From Fistulifera solaris (lineage: Eukaryota), in the NCBI GenBank assembly GCA_030295235.1, contig AP026146.1, forward strand, positions 62,001-126,000: 64,000 nucleotides of DNA. The letters run 5' to 3'. Below the pieces are notes generated by a model. That model searched no databases. It was not told the DNA's origin and saw only the letters and a list, made by a program, of their open reading frames with translations. Position 1 is the first letter of the stretch; each line of letters starts with the position of its first letter. Positions 11,637 to 25,089 of the stretch are shown one piece after another. The translations under genes and the position numbers were made by a program.

Positions 11637-12847
11637 ATGAGTAGTAGTAGTAGTAGTAGTAGTAGTGAAGACGAAAAACCGTGGGGTGATGTGGTGTTGG
11701 CATCACTGGCGGTGCAAGTGATTACATTTTCCGGATTGTTGTTGGTGGCCTTTTCGGCCATTTGTCACAACAAAGGTAAATTGGTAGCCCATTTGCAGTC
11801 CTTTTTGGTTCCAGCCTTTGCGGCAGGAGCCTTGGGAGCTACAACGGTCTTCCTTTTGATTCCGGAAGCGTTGTTGTTGTTGCAAGCCGGCACCGCCGAA
11901 GTGCATGCGGAAGAAGAAGCTCATGCGGCTTATGAAGGCACCAATTCGACAACTACGGAAGAAGAGGGCCATGAAGGACATGATCACTTGTTGTTGCTTC
12001 GTCGCGTCTTAGAAGAAGAAGAAGAAGTTCATACGGAACATGCCGAAGAGAATACTTCGTACATGTGGATGTTCGGTGTTGCCGTCTTGGCCGGTTTCCT
12101 TTACCAGTACTCATTTCTACATTCTTTCCTTCTGTCGATCCGGAAGAATGTGAAGTGTGTGCGGCCACCGCACAAGAACAATCCAAATTGGCCGGTATTG
12201 ATGAACAAGGAATTGAACAAGAAGAAGAAGACAACAATAGTTATCCAAAATCAAATATGGAAACGGTCGATATGAATTGTGAAGAAGGGGTGTGTGGACA
12301 TTCTCCCGGTGATCATGTCCTCAATAAGACCAACACTCCGGTGGCGCCCACCACACACGGCGTCCGCAACTGGTCGCTGGTGGCCAGTATTTCCGTCGGA
12401 GACGCATTGCATAACTTTACCGATGGTGTCTTTCTGGGAAATGCCTTTTTATTATGTGGTAGATCCGTAGCGTACACCATGGTTGCCACCACAATTTATC
12501 ACGAACTGGCGCAAGAAATTTCCGATTTGGGTTTGTTGACCAATCATTGTGGCTTGCCGTTGTGGTTGGCGTTAGTGATCAACTTTTTTACCGGGTCTTC
12601 GACATTGATTGGAGCGTTGATCGTCTTGAGTTTGGATATTTCAGAAAAAGCGACCGGTATCTTTTTGGCCATGAGTGCGGGTGTCTATGTCAATATTTTC
12701 GCATGTGAATGCATGCCGCGTGTACAGGAGCAATTGAAATCTCCGTCCAGGACGTTGCAGTTCATGGTGTCGTTCGCCTTAGGGGCGATTCCAATTGGGC
12801 TAGTTCTTTTGAATCATGGACATTGTGAAGAAGGGCATGATCATTAG
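11637..12847 (+). CDS. ZIP-family (SLC39) divalent metal transporter; one frameshift near 12100
   Basis: AFAAGALGATTVFLLIPEA (TM2), His/Glu-rich loops, TM4 GDALHNFTDG and TM5 HELAQEISD. Two overlapping ORFs join at a T-run. Confidence 0.9.
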
Positions 12848-13001
12848 AGTCATGACGTTTCATAGTCTCTGCACGGTGCGCGCTTTGCAGCATATTGGAA
12901 AGAGAAGGCTATGAGTATGTTCAAAAATCATGTCAGATGAAAATACTTATAACATTATCATATCGTTACATTTACACAATCAAAATAACTTTTTATTCCT
13001 T

Positions 13002-16000
13002 TCAATAGTAAGGACGAGGATGTACCTTACGTTCCTCGTTTTCACGGAGACCTTTCAAAATACTTTGTAATTGCTGAAATTTGACTTCATTAGAAGACGC
13101 AGCACTGTCGATTTCCAATTCGTCTTCGGACGATTCATCAAAATCAAACAAGTCATCTTCGTCTTCCTCCATATCGTCGTCATCGTCGTCGTCATCCGCT
13201 AAGGCATATGTTTGTCCTTGTGCTGAGCGAGGAGACAATGTTTTGGCACGATCATTCTCAATACGGTCAAGTAGTTCTTCATGGGCCGAATCGTACTCCC
13301 TGATCACGGTGGTAATAGCGCCGGTTTGTCGAAGCCGCTGGGCGTCGTTCATGGATACGACTAGCACTAGTCACCGATGAAGGGTGACTGTATCCCGAAA
13401 AAGACTGCTGATCACGAACCGGAGACAGCTCGCGACGTTGCAATTGCAGTCGATTCTTGAATGTGTGCAATTCCATACCAAGACGTTCTTGCGAATTGCG
13501 AATAGCCGCGGATGCTTTCAAGGCTTGATCCAGCTGATAACGCAAACTGCGGGCTTTTTGCGATGGAGTTGTGGTCTCAGAGCCAAATGATGTCACCGGA
13601 TTTACATCTTCGTCCGATTCATCGATGACATTCTCTGATTGATATCTGACTCCACGCTCTAGATCACGCGAAAAGTGCAAGTGGTCTTTCCCCGTAGACG
13701 CGAGGCGTTTGGGTAGTTCTGACAGAAAAGAGCCACCGGAAGTAGAGCTTTGCTCGGATCTTTGATCCGTGACATCAATTATTGCGACATCCTTGTTCAC
13801 AATGGGCTGTGGTAGCTTTTGGTCGTCCAGGATCACCATGTTCTTAACAATATTATCGAATCGAGAAAAAAGATAATCGATATCCACTGGATCCGTGTCC
13901 GAAGAGGTTATTGACGCATCACCGTTAGTTGATTTCGAACTATTGGCACGAATACGATCGAGCGTTTTGCGAAGCGAAGCCGATTGTGTGGCATTTTTTC
14001 GTTTCGCGAAGCTTGACTTTCTTCGTAATAAGTCGATTCAATGGCATCACCTTCAGCTTTTGCCATTGCCGTATTCCGAACAGGCTCCGTCTTTTCTGAT
14101 GCAGATTCTTTGACAGCTTCTCCTCGACTTGGCGGCGACGGGTTTGAGGCCAACGAAGGAGACCTGGGAGACGTCAGCAATGGTTCCTCTCCTTCCGATC
14201 GAGTTAAGGCAAGTAACAGACTTGAGCCATCCGCCTCAGTGGAAGAATCATCTTCAGAAACGATTTCCATTAATTGATAATCATTGCTGTCCTCTTTATC
14301 CTTCTGAGTCGACGGAGGATCCGATGACTTATGACTTGCGCTCGCTTTATCGGTCGATTCAAAACTCTCACTAGCACAGTTACTAGTTGCCGTGGATGTC
14401 ATTGATAAGGTACCCGAAAACGATGCAGGCCGTCTCGTAAAGGAGCTATTTGACCTTATCTCGTCTCGTTTAAGCTTTCTTTGCTGAAGTTTCTTCATCA
14501 AGCTTGAAGTGTACATTTGCGGTTTCTGTTCCAAGATTGGTGAGGTTCGAGGCCTTGGAGCGGACGCAGAACGTTGCTGTGTTCCCGCAAAGGTTGGAGA
14601 AGCGTCCTTTTTCTGTCTGGTAGTTATACCTAAAGTACCGCAAGGATCGATTCCGTCCATATCCTTTGGCATGATGTCCACAGCGTTGTTGTCATGAGCG
14701 GGTGACAAGCAAGGAAAGAATCCCAACGGATCTATATCGGTAAGCCCGTAATGACTGACAGCTTCTGCCGTAACCAGTGTTGTTAACGGCTCGTCGGCAG
14801 TACGCGACTCGTTGATGTCTGGGCCCACAGCATCACTTTGTGAATCGCATACCATAGGTTCGACTTGCTTCTCCATCTCAATCTGGTTGCTTCCAAGTAG
14901 CGGCCCCTCGTCATCCAATAGACGGCTCTCCATCGCATGGCTTGTAACAACTGGCTTGTCACTAACTTCTATTCGTTCGTTCGTTTCAGCTACCGCTGCA
15001 GTCGCTGGCAGAAGTTCATCTGCTTCCTCTACCGTTGGTATTGTACCAGTAACGACTTCTTCACCCTGTACAATGATGAGGTTTTCACAAATGCTTTGAA
15101 CGGCCACACCAAGTACCACACTAGAGTGATACTTTTCCAAGTACAATCTTTCCAAGCCTCTCTCAAATGTACCCGAAGACAAGATACGCATTAAACTCTC
15201 CTCGTTGCCTTGGCCTTGCTCCGTTTGAAAATCATCTTCAATTCTGCCTTCTTCAATGACTGGTAACTTGAACGGTGTATTTACTTCAGCACCTGCCGCT
15301 TCCAGTGAAAAGGAGCTACTTTGAGATTCGAGACGCGGCGAAAGCTCGTCAAGTACTTCGACAATACTTTTTTCGCTTGCGTTCGATGGAGTGCTTGTAT
15401 TAAATGTGAATTTAGTTGGTAATCCTTTTTCTCCTTTGGAGGTTTGGCCAACTTTCGGTGATGTGCTTACGTCAATGATCACTTCCGCAGATGATACGTC
15501 GTGGCTGATAATTGGGACAGATGAGGTACTGACAGAAACAGTAGAGTTTGGTCCGATAATTGGATCGAGTATTTCAAGGGTCTCAACCTTTGATTCAACA
15601 GTATCTGCTGAAATGGATTTCATAGGATTTTCATTATGAATCCTCGAATCGGATAGCGATGAGCTTTTTGAAGGTGATAATGACGGATATTCTTCGCGCT
15701 CCACCGAACACTCTTCGGCGCTTGATGATGCCGAGTGGCTTTTCTCGTACGAGTTGGTAGGAAGATGACCTTCTGTGATCAACTGCAAGCTTTCTTCCCA
15801 GGAGCTGTCGAGATGTTGTTGCGAAGAAGATAAATCCACGCGGCAGTCTTCTACAGTGGCGACAATTAACTCCTCTGGCGTAGCAGGTTGAACGTCTGCG
15901 TCAAAAGAACCGCATTTTATGGCTGAAAGAACTGAATCGCCAGGTTGCAATGATTTCCTATTATCAGTGCTCTCCATTTCTTCCTCGTTCTCGAGTGTTT

Positions 16001-19000
16001 CAGCGATTCTTTCTTTTCAGCACAAAAAGATTGTGAAGAAAGTGAATTGTGCTCATTAGTTTGATCGATTTCATTTTCCTCAATCGCTGAAACAAATGAG
16101 GGGTTGGTCAACTCCTCCGCCGTCTCAGAGTAATTTGAAGCTTGCGTGCCGTTTTCTGCATCGGTAAGCATTGTTTGCTCCACTCGAGCGTTCGCATTCT
16201 CTAGCGATTTTTCAGCTCCTGATATCCATCCATGTCCTGTCGTGAACAGTGCGCAAGTAATCGACGTAACAAAATCGATCTTGTCGATTTCCTTGGGGCT
16301 TTGTTCCATTTTACTAGCATCGTGAATGTCGACACCATGTTCAGTGTCTCTTTTCACCTCCTGTACGCTGAGGCCGCTTGTCGTGCTTGTCGTGTTGATA
16401 ATGTTTGACGAATTGATTTGCTTTTTCATTAGGAACGTTTCTGGTCGGGGGCCCTTGCTTTTTTGGTCAACGGTCTCGAATTTTTTATTCAAAGGTAGGC
16501 AAGATTCAGGGCGAGGGGCTTCCCTGGCCTTCTTTTCCGAGAAAGGCTTGTTGTACATTGCACCGACACCAGCTTGTAGCGAGGTTTGCTGTTTATATCG
16601 AAGACCGTCAATCAATTCCTCTGGTCTAGGGGGCTGAACAACCTTGCTGTTTACCGGACCTTTAAACAATATTTGCTGAAGAACTGAGTCAGGAAGGCTA
16701 TCCTCATCAAAATCGATCTCCATGCTCTGTCCGTGTGATAAAACAATGTCAACGGCATCATCTCTTTCGCTCGAGCTATTTCCTTGATTTTTCATGCCAG
16801 ACGCTGGGGCGACATGCTCGGAGGACTCACATAAAGGAATTGTACGAAAGGCAGCGTCGCCTTTATTGGTTTGGGCATTTTCAGAAGCGAGGCTTTCGCT
16901 CGATTGCTGCTTGAAAACCGCTTGCTCTCCATCGATTTCACTGTTTACTGGGGACGCCGGAGAGGCAAGTGCCGGCATATGGACTTCTTGTACGCCTGTA
17001 AGATCAATGACCACACTGCTGCTTCCTTCATCTGCGTCGTTCACCGATTTCAGTTCCAGACTGAATGGTAGACATGTATCTTCGTGCATTTTGTCTCGTA
17101 TCTCTATTACTTTTGGAAGCTTGTCGTCCCCACAAAGTAAAGTCTCTGTTTGCTCAAAAATTGCATCAAGAAGGTCTTTTCGATCATTGGCAACAACAAG
17201 TTCGTTTTTCTTTGTAAAAACAGCAACCTGCTCTGGGATTTCGGTCGATTCGGCAATGGGATTTACCTGTGCTTTATTTTCTGGTATTACTGCGGTCAGT
17301 TTAGGATTTCCCACTTCGGCCAGAGACGCATCGTGATCGCTAGGATCTGCTGCTAGAGTAGGCGGAGTAGGCGATGAGTCTTCTGGATTAAAAGCAACAC
17401 TCTCTTTGGTTGCTATGGAAGGAATGAGCTCCTTGGTGTCCAATGCGTTTGATAATTCGTCTTTACTTTCTGTTGCTTTCGATAGCACGATCTTTTCTTT
17501 GTATTCCGTTGAGAACGTGGATGAAGGAGAATTGATAGTTGCGAAAATGAGTGAAGGTGGCTCAGTTTGATGAGTGAGATACGACTGACCGAAAGTATCT
17601 TCTTCGTCTTCGCCTTTTTCAAGCATGAAAGCATTTCCGCCACAAACAAGTAATTCGGCCTGTTCAAAGAGGGAGAACAGAATACCCGGCTTGGTCTTTG
17701 GCTTTGTAATATCTTTCGAGCAATCTTCTTTGATGGATGATATTGCGTCCTCCTTCTTTTATTTTTGTCCTCCTGAACAACGCTTTTTTATTTGGATGTT
17801 TTGATCCTCCGTAGCCTGTAAGGACGTGTTAACTGTATCACGTATTTCTTCCTTCGGTGAAAAACTCTTCCCCACTACGATTTTGCCTTCAGGTAGCACA
17901 TCGTCATCCACAAGAGTTCCATCGACAACATCAACCTCCCCTTTTATCTGATCTTCTTCCATTGGCTGGTATTTATCTACCATTTTCACGTCGACAAGAT
18001 TCTCATTATTTTCGTCGTTTGCAAAGGTCAGGATGGAATGAACTGCGCCAGCTTGTTTGGGAGACAGGTCGAAAAGCCACACCGCCTCCATGTCTTCTAG
18101 ATCGTCCGAATTTTCAATGTTCGTCAAATCAATAATATCAGGGTTCGCTCTGTCGATGGATCTAATCAAAACACCTTTGGCTGAGGGTTTCAGTTTATTG
18201 ATCTTCTCATGGACTTCCATTTGCTTTTCTGAAGTCATTGCAATAACTTGTTTACCAAAAGAGAGAAGCCGCTGTTTTAAAGATGGCGTTTCTTCGATAC
18301 TACAATCAATAGAGACTTGAATTTTCTTGCGAATCTGGTCTCCCTGGTCGTTCATGTACTTTGATAGATCAAAAGATTCACTTTCTTCCTGCAAGCTCGA
18401 CACTTTAGAGAACAGATTCACTGACGAGTCGATTCCCAACGATTCGTCGTCAAGTCCCAACCGATGAATTATTTTGGAGCGGAAGCTCGCATCATCTCTC
18501 TGAGCTCGCATATCCGATTCTTCAGGACGGAGCGGAGAAGCCGTCGATGATTGACAATCGGCACTCTTGTCGTCGTCGTCGTCGTCATCGTCGTCTCTAT
18601 CCGAGCTACCGTTTCGGGCCAGTTGCTCATCTTTGCCGGTGACATCATTGTCGAAAGAAAAATTTTTCCGTGCGTGCGAGCCTCCCGAGGAATGTGATGA
18701 TATCCGGTCCAGCTGTTTTTCGGAAGTGGACGACACCGTACTAATATTGCCATCACTTATGTTAATCTTTGCTGATTTTGAAACGAAGTATCGATCATGA
18801 GTGTTATCCTCGTCATCAGAGTCGTCACCACAAACATCGCTCTTGTCGATGCCAATCTTGGACGATTTACACGTGTATCGTCCGGAAGCGTCGTCGAGCT
18901 TGTCATCAGCTTCGTCCACAGGTTCGCGATTCCTTCCATGCTTTGACGATACATCAGCAGATCTTGTGATACGAGGCGTCGCTGGTCCAGTTGGTACATT

Positions 19001-21649
19001 GGTGTAGCAACGCATGGGATGCATCTGTTCCTCCGAATTCGACAACCTCGATTCCTTTGACGGTGCAGTGTCTTGCGTCTGATCCTCTTCCGTTTCACCA
19101 AAGAAATGGCGATTAGACGTCAATGGGGTCTTGTCGTGAGCTCTGTCGTACCCAGACGATGCAATCATACCAAATAGTTTGTTGACCAAATTATCCTCTT
19201 CCGCAAATCGAACACCCGGCCTATCGCGTCCAGTACTATGGTTTGGTGTAAAACAGTCCTTGCTTTGAAATTCTTTGGTGTCTCGAATGCATATTTGACC
19301 AAACGGAGTCTGATTGCAGCTGTTCAGCACAACTTCCAAAGCTACTTCAGCTGTATCCCCGGTACGAGCTGTATTGTCAACACTCCATTCCGTAATCGAA
19401 TCAGCTAGTGCGTCTCCAATTTTCTCCGGATTGGTGTAAGATTGGTTCAGGCGCATCGGAGGAGGAACCGGCGATCGTGGTGAAATAGGACGACTAAATG
19501 CGTCCGGCGACATTGGAATGTATCGGTCTTCGGTTATGGCATATCGATCTGCCGTGAGGTCATCTTCCTCCGAATCACTGTTGTGCTTCGTCCACTCCAA
19601 ACTGGACAGACCTTCCACGTCCGGTCGGGCGATGACCTGTCTCATTGGGAAATTGCGAACCGACTGATCCAAATCCGATATGAGACTGTCGGAAAACACA
19701 ATGTTGCGGGGCAGACTAGGCGTGGCCGTCAATTCATGACTGGAGGAGACGGTCGGACTCAAAGCGGGGCCATCATTAGGGTCTCTCGACGGACTGCGCT
19801 CCGGCTTGACACTCCCCGGTGAAGCACTCTTCTTGCTTGTTACAGGATGCTGTTTGCGGCTTTGTTGGAGTTTTTCTGCTTTTTGGGATGCTTTCTGTGC
19901 AAACTTCTGCTGTCGACGCCGAGGACTGTCTGCAAATGCCGAACGATATGGGGAGGATCCTTTCTTCTTTCGTTCCGCGCGCTGTGATTTGGGAGGTAAA
20001 ACGGAATTCAAAGCTGCCATCATGGCAGCGGTATCTACCGCGGGTTTTGTAGCTTTAATTTCCTTCGCTAGCGACGAAAAAATCTTCGTTTCGGGACACT
20101 GCTCTTTGGCCATGGACTGAAAATTGCGCTCAAAGAGACGTTTTCGCATAGACACTTGTGGCCGAGCAACATCCGGTTGTGATTGCATCATCATGCCATG
20201 GAAGAATGTTTGTGAATCATCCTCTTCCCCGGCAATATCTTCGACATCACCATCCGCGCCTTCATCGGGGGCATCCCGACTCGTCGGTGCATCTACATGA
20301 TGCTCATCCTCCGAATCCGGCGGTTCGAACGAAGTACGTCGAACGGAAGGACGTCGGATTTTGTGAACTGGCGTGGGAGCATTGGGAGGACGAGGACCAT
20401 CGAGCTCGACCAGAGACACAATCCCATCCATTTCGGGATGAGGTTCCGCTAAACTGCGTTGCGGTAGTGTTTCTGGTGGTTCTTCTGGTTTATGCGTGGG
20501 GGGAATAATGGCTTTGGGAACCGCCTTTTCACGCGAAAGCAATAAAATGGAAGGCTTGTTCTCTTCCAACACTTGCAACAACGTCGTTTTCTTGGCGTCA
20601 GTCGAACTATGTTCCTCCTCGGTCGTAGGAGGAGCAATGACACTCTTTGCAACGCTTTGACTCGATCCATTGGATTTATTCGATGCAAGAGAGCTTTGAC
20701 CTTATCAAACTTATTATTGTGATGGTTGTTACCCTCTTCACCTTCTTCTTCTTCTTCTTCTCCTTCTTCTTCTTCTTTTGGGAGTTTCGGCAACTCCACG
20801 GATTGGTTCTCGTTCTCCACAACATTCACTTCTTTTTCTTCCCTCCACCGTGTTTTTCTTCCCTTACCATCTCCGTAGTCGGTTCTTGGGGAACGTCACG
20901 TTCGATATGATTGGATTCGACCTCTGGTACATCCACCACCGTACGATTGTCCGCTACCGGTGTCACCTCCTTTTGACTTTGTGGTGTAGTGGCGGAAAAA
21001 ATAGTCGGTAACACGGGACGGTCGGGTGGTACAGTGCTTTCTTTCGGCGGCTCATTATTGGTTGAATCACTCAACAAAGCCGAAGGAGCCATTATTTGCG
21101 GCTGTACTTTTGCAAGTCCATAATTTTGTGATGACTCATGTTGTCTTTAAAGTCTTGTACTTTTTGTTGTCGCCGCAAACGTTTGGCCTTGTAGTATTTG
21201 TATTGTACCGATGCTTGACTCAAACTACTCATATCCTGTTCTCCCGTCGCGGTCTCGACACAGGCCGGCAACATGCGCTCATGAGTCAATTCCGAAATGC
21301 GACTGTGTTGATCGTGATTATTATTTTCATCATACGCAATGGCCGCCACGGGTGGTTTCTTGTGCGACGACAAGAGACGTTGATGCGGTGTTGTTTTGGT
21401 TTTTCGTAAGAGAGAAGGAAACACGGTCGTTTTCTTTTTGGGAATGTTCGCATTCGCCGTCGTCGTCGCATGCGGCGACGGCTGCAGCGGTTTCATCTTG
21501 ATGATTTCGACGATTGAGAGATGATGCTGATGATGTTCAAAAAAACGATCGTCTCTTAACAAGGAAAAAATGGTTTGTTTGGATGTGATGATGGCTTCCT
21601 TCTTTATTGCGATTGTTTTCTGGCGTGCCTTTGGCGATCTTGTCCTCAT
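13002..21649 (-). CDS. Very large (about 2,800 aa) acidic, Ser/Pro-rich, largely disordered hypothetical protein, split into eight ORFs by frameshifts
   Basis: Consecutive same-strand ORFs 21092-21649, 20826-21092, 20449-20829, 17759-20581, 15917-17626, 13908-15977, 13279-13887 and 13002-13367 share composition. Most junctions are repaired by restoring one A in an A-run. C-terminal coiled-coil segment. Start is 21649 or 21496. Confidence 0.7.
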
Positions 21650-22146
21650 TCATGTGGGTCGGCACAATCATTTCCGCGAAAGATCGGCTGACGTGCTAGA
21701 TCACTAAGCATCCTAAGACCAATTAGTCCTTGAATACCGTATACATTTCGTCTGTCGTAGTATTCATGTATCCCAACATGTATTTCTGTAAGAAACATTC
21801 CATTTTCACTATACAACAGACCCAATTGTTTAGTACTTATTATGGAGAGTCAAGGGTGCGCCAGTCGAAAAATCCATATAGGACTGTACACGGACGAATA
21901 TCAGTCGTGTGGAGCTTCTAGCAGACACGTTTCGACTGAAATCAAAAAAAGGGAGCCGTTTACTATCATCACGGCGCACATTGGTTCAACGGACGCTTTG
22001 CTTTTCACCCACAAAAACGCCCATTATTATTTCTTCTACGGTTGCATGAGCACTTTGTCGCAATAACAAATCCAGAACCAGCATTATCGTTTCGTTGTAT
22101 AATCAATAGGCACAACACAATCAATAGGCACAACACAATTTCAACT

Positions 22147-22315
22147 ATGGTAACCATTCGTCGCAATCCTTCCAAACGATTGCTTTCGTTCTGGCGATGC
22201 CATCCGTTGTGGTCTTTCTTGTTGGTGTGTGGTTTGTTTTCTGTCGGTTTTCTCTTTTTAATGTCCTTTCAAGCCAATGAACAAATCCTGTTGGACCACC
22301 ATACACGAGGGAATC

Positions 22316-22352
<37 letters not shown>

Positions 22353-23598
22353 CAAACCTCTATCGGAAGACGAACGCAAGGAAGCTGTCAATACGTTGTT
22401 GAATCATCGGAATATTGACAATGCAAAAGCGAAAGAACCAGAAGCAAAGCAGGCAACGACGAAACACCAAACCATCATTCAACGTCCGCCACTCGAGCAA
22501 TTGATCAAAGACGAAGAACGCGGTGTCAAAGGAGATGTCTCTTTTTTATTGAATTGGGCCATTCTCGGACACGCCAAGGCCGGTACGACCTTTATTAAGA
22601 ATTGGGTCGGTCGGCATCTCGACATTTCCACATGGGAAGATGAAGTGTGTGACTTGTACGACAACAAACCGGCGGGGTTGGCCAAACGATTGTATACGGA
22701 ATTGGCACCCGACAAATTACGAGGCTTTAAATGTCCTGGACATTTCTCACGGCGATCCATGCGTCATTTTCACAAGTATTATCCTCATACGAAATTAATT
22801 GTCGGAGTGCGGTACGTGCGAAAAAATAGAAGCATGATGACGAATATGTTCGAATAAATCTTTTTCAATAGTGTCTCACACTGTTTTTACAACGTCAGAC
22901 ACCCCATCCGATGGTTCGAATCGTTTTACAATTTCCGCATGCGCCATGCGGCCGAAAATTACAGTCTGCCTCACCCCAATGAATTGAGTGGAGAATGTAC
23001 ACCGGAAAAGGATGGAGTCTGCACGGAACGGGCCAATTTTCAAACCAATTTGGCCGTCTTTGGCAAGACACCCATGAAAAGCAAACACGAACGCAATTTG
23101 ATTCGTTTCACCAAATATACGTACGAAAGTACCTTCGAAATCAGTAATCCACTCTTCCTTTATGATGTCGATCAATTTGCGGAAGGAACCGAACAATTTG
23201 CGTTAGATTTGCAAGACTTTTTGGGTTTGGAGACGCCGTTACCGGAACCGACCAAGAAGGATGCGGGCATGTCCAGTCGACCCAAACCCAAGGCACTCAA
23301 TATTTGTGAGGATGAATTTGCACCGTTGCGGAAAGAATTGATTGACATTGGAAGTCGGGCCAGCGAGTGGATCTTGGAGTACTTCCTTGAGTCACCACAA
23401 GTTGTTGTCAGTCAGGAGGAGCAGTTTCGGAGAATTGTGGAGGCATGGAAAGTAGATCCTTGCGACAAAAAGAAAGCTGCTGCCAAGGAAGAAGTGAAAC
23501 ACGAAGAAGAGGAGCATGAAGAAGAAGAAGAGGAAGAAGAAGAGGAAAAAGAAGAAGAAGAAGAAGAAGAGGAAGAGGAGGACGAGGACGAAGAGTAG
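22147..23598 (+). CDS. Type II membrane (Golgi) sulfotransferase-like P-loop protein; intron 22812-22898
   Basis: N-terminal TM helix and polyQ stem. 5'-PSB-like loop AILGHAKAGTT. The 3'-PB-like motif LIVGVR|HPIRWFESFYNF is restored by splicing gtacgt...cag. PolyE tail. Confidence 0.8.
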
Positions 23599-24570
23599 CT
23601 ACATTACTCTTCACGCTTATTTACTTTATAAAGACACCATTTTCTTTGATTCAACATCTGGCAATGTGCTTGCTATGTACGCGCATGCACATGCAGAAAA
23701 GCAAAACCCAGTCAGGGACACGAAGCACATAGTTCTATTATTATCATCTAGTGTCTTCTATATCATCATAGCTTTACTTAGATAGCCCTAGATTTTAGCC
23801 AAAGTGTTGAGCAAGGGAGCGTAGCTCTTTCCTTCCATCATTCCCATCTCTCCCGCCATTATAGGTGGGAATGCAACAACCCAAAATGGTCCGGGATGAG
23901 AGTCTTCGTTGGGTAAGTGCAGGGCAACTACAAATGGAGATATTCTTGGGTGTAATGATGTATAATTTCCACATCGTGGAAAACCTGAAGAGAGTAGATG
24001 TTGCTTGTTGCTTTACCTGGTACGTCACTCATGTAAGGTTATGCGTCGTTGGTGTTAGCCGTTCGCACGGCACACGCACACGCGCTAAAGTTCCACTTTG
24101 ACACCGGTTCGATACTTCGGATCAGAATGTACTATACGCATCCGTTGGCTATAGCACATCAAGTACATGACTGTATCTTTGAACTGCACTTGGAGCAGGA
24201 CGATCAGAAATTTTTCCACCTAAAGAGGCACGATTCACTATCTAACACGCAACACCCAAAGATGAGGTGTACACTCCGAATGTAGGCCAGCACATTCGGG
24301 GATTCGGGTGGCTTCATTGGACAGAGCCACGTGTTGCTAATTATCACATGTCGCCACGACGCGGGAAACCGCAAAGAACAGTCCACGTAAAGTGTCATCG
24401 AACGCATTGCGGCACATTGAATTCCGCAAACAGGCAAATGATCCATTCGTGTGTTTTTCTTTACTCGATCGACGTCGAACGAATCTTGCCTATCTTCTTT
24501 AGAAGAATTCTTCGTTCCTTCCAAAAACCTTTCTCGCGAGTCTCGCGAGATCTCTAAAGAGAGGCATAAG

Positions 24571-24573
<3 letters not shown>

Positions 24574-24625
<52 letters not shown>
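24574..24625. repeat. (GA)n microsatellite, about 25 units
   Basis: Read directly; lies about 70 nt upstream of the 24694 ORF. Confidence 0.95.
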
Positions 24626-24628
<3 letters not shown>

Positions 24629-24693
24629 ATATCTGTCACCGAAAGACTTGATTCTATTCCAGAAGAATCATAAAAAACGCACAGAGCGTCAAC

Positions 24694-25089
24694 ATGATTT
24701 CGACGCGGAAGACGATGGAGCCCCGCACTCCTCAACACGTATGGAGAAATAGTGAGAATGCAGTGTTCCATTGTCCTCACCCACCACAACGACACCGAGT
24801 GGAAGAACTACCGGATGAACGATTGTTCCCTCTTTTTCCTTTGCCGTTAGAACAAGAGGAAGATGACGAACGAATGATTGTGCAGTCCTTGCAACGAGTC
24901 TCTCTGCAACCCCGGAAGACGGCTCCCACAAATTGGAAACTGGACACGAGAAGCCCCGAACGACGATCGACCCATCATAATCACTCAGTGCGAGAGTGTC
25001 CCAAGATCCCCTTGAGCGTGGATCCCGAGCATACTTTGCGTGCGCCGTCTTATTATCTTTCCATGAAACCAACTCGGGCATTCATGTGA
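24694..25089 (+). CDS. Small hypothetical protein (TP...FPL...LxPR motif family)
   Basis: ATG in a caacATG context. Motifs PRTP, LFPLFPLP, VSLQPRK and YLSMKP. Confidence 0.6.
   Translation: MISTRKTMEPRTPQHVWRNSENAVFHCPHPPQRHRVEELPDERLFPLFPLPLEQEEDDERMIVQSLQRVSLQPRKTAPTNWKLDTRSPERRSTHHNHSVRECPKIPLSVDPEHTLRAPSYYLSMKPTRAFM

Noticed and set aside
22101..22139. 18-bp tandem duplication (aatcaataggcacaacac x2) and other short repeats as a possible CRISPR-like array
   Set aside because: The two copies are adjacent with no spacers, and there is no repeat-spacer array anywhere in the window.
24040..24125. GGTTCGAT T-loop-like word suggesting a tRNA
   Set aside because: I could not build a cloverleaf or acceptor stem around it.
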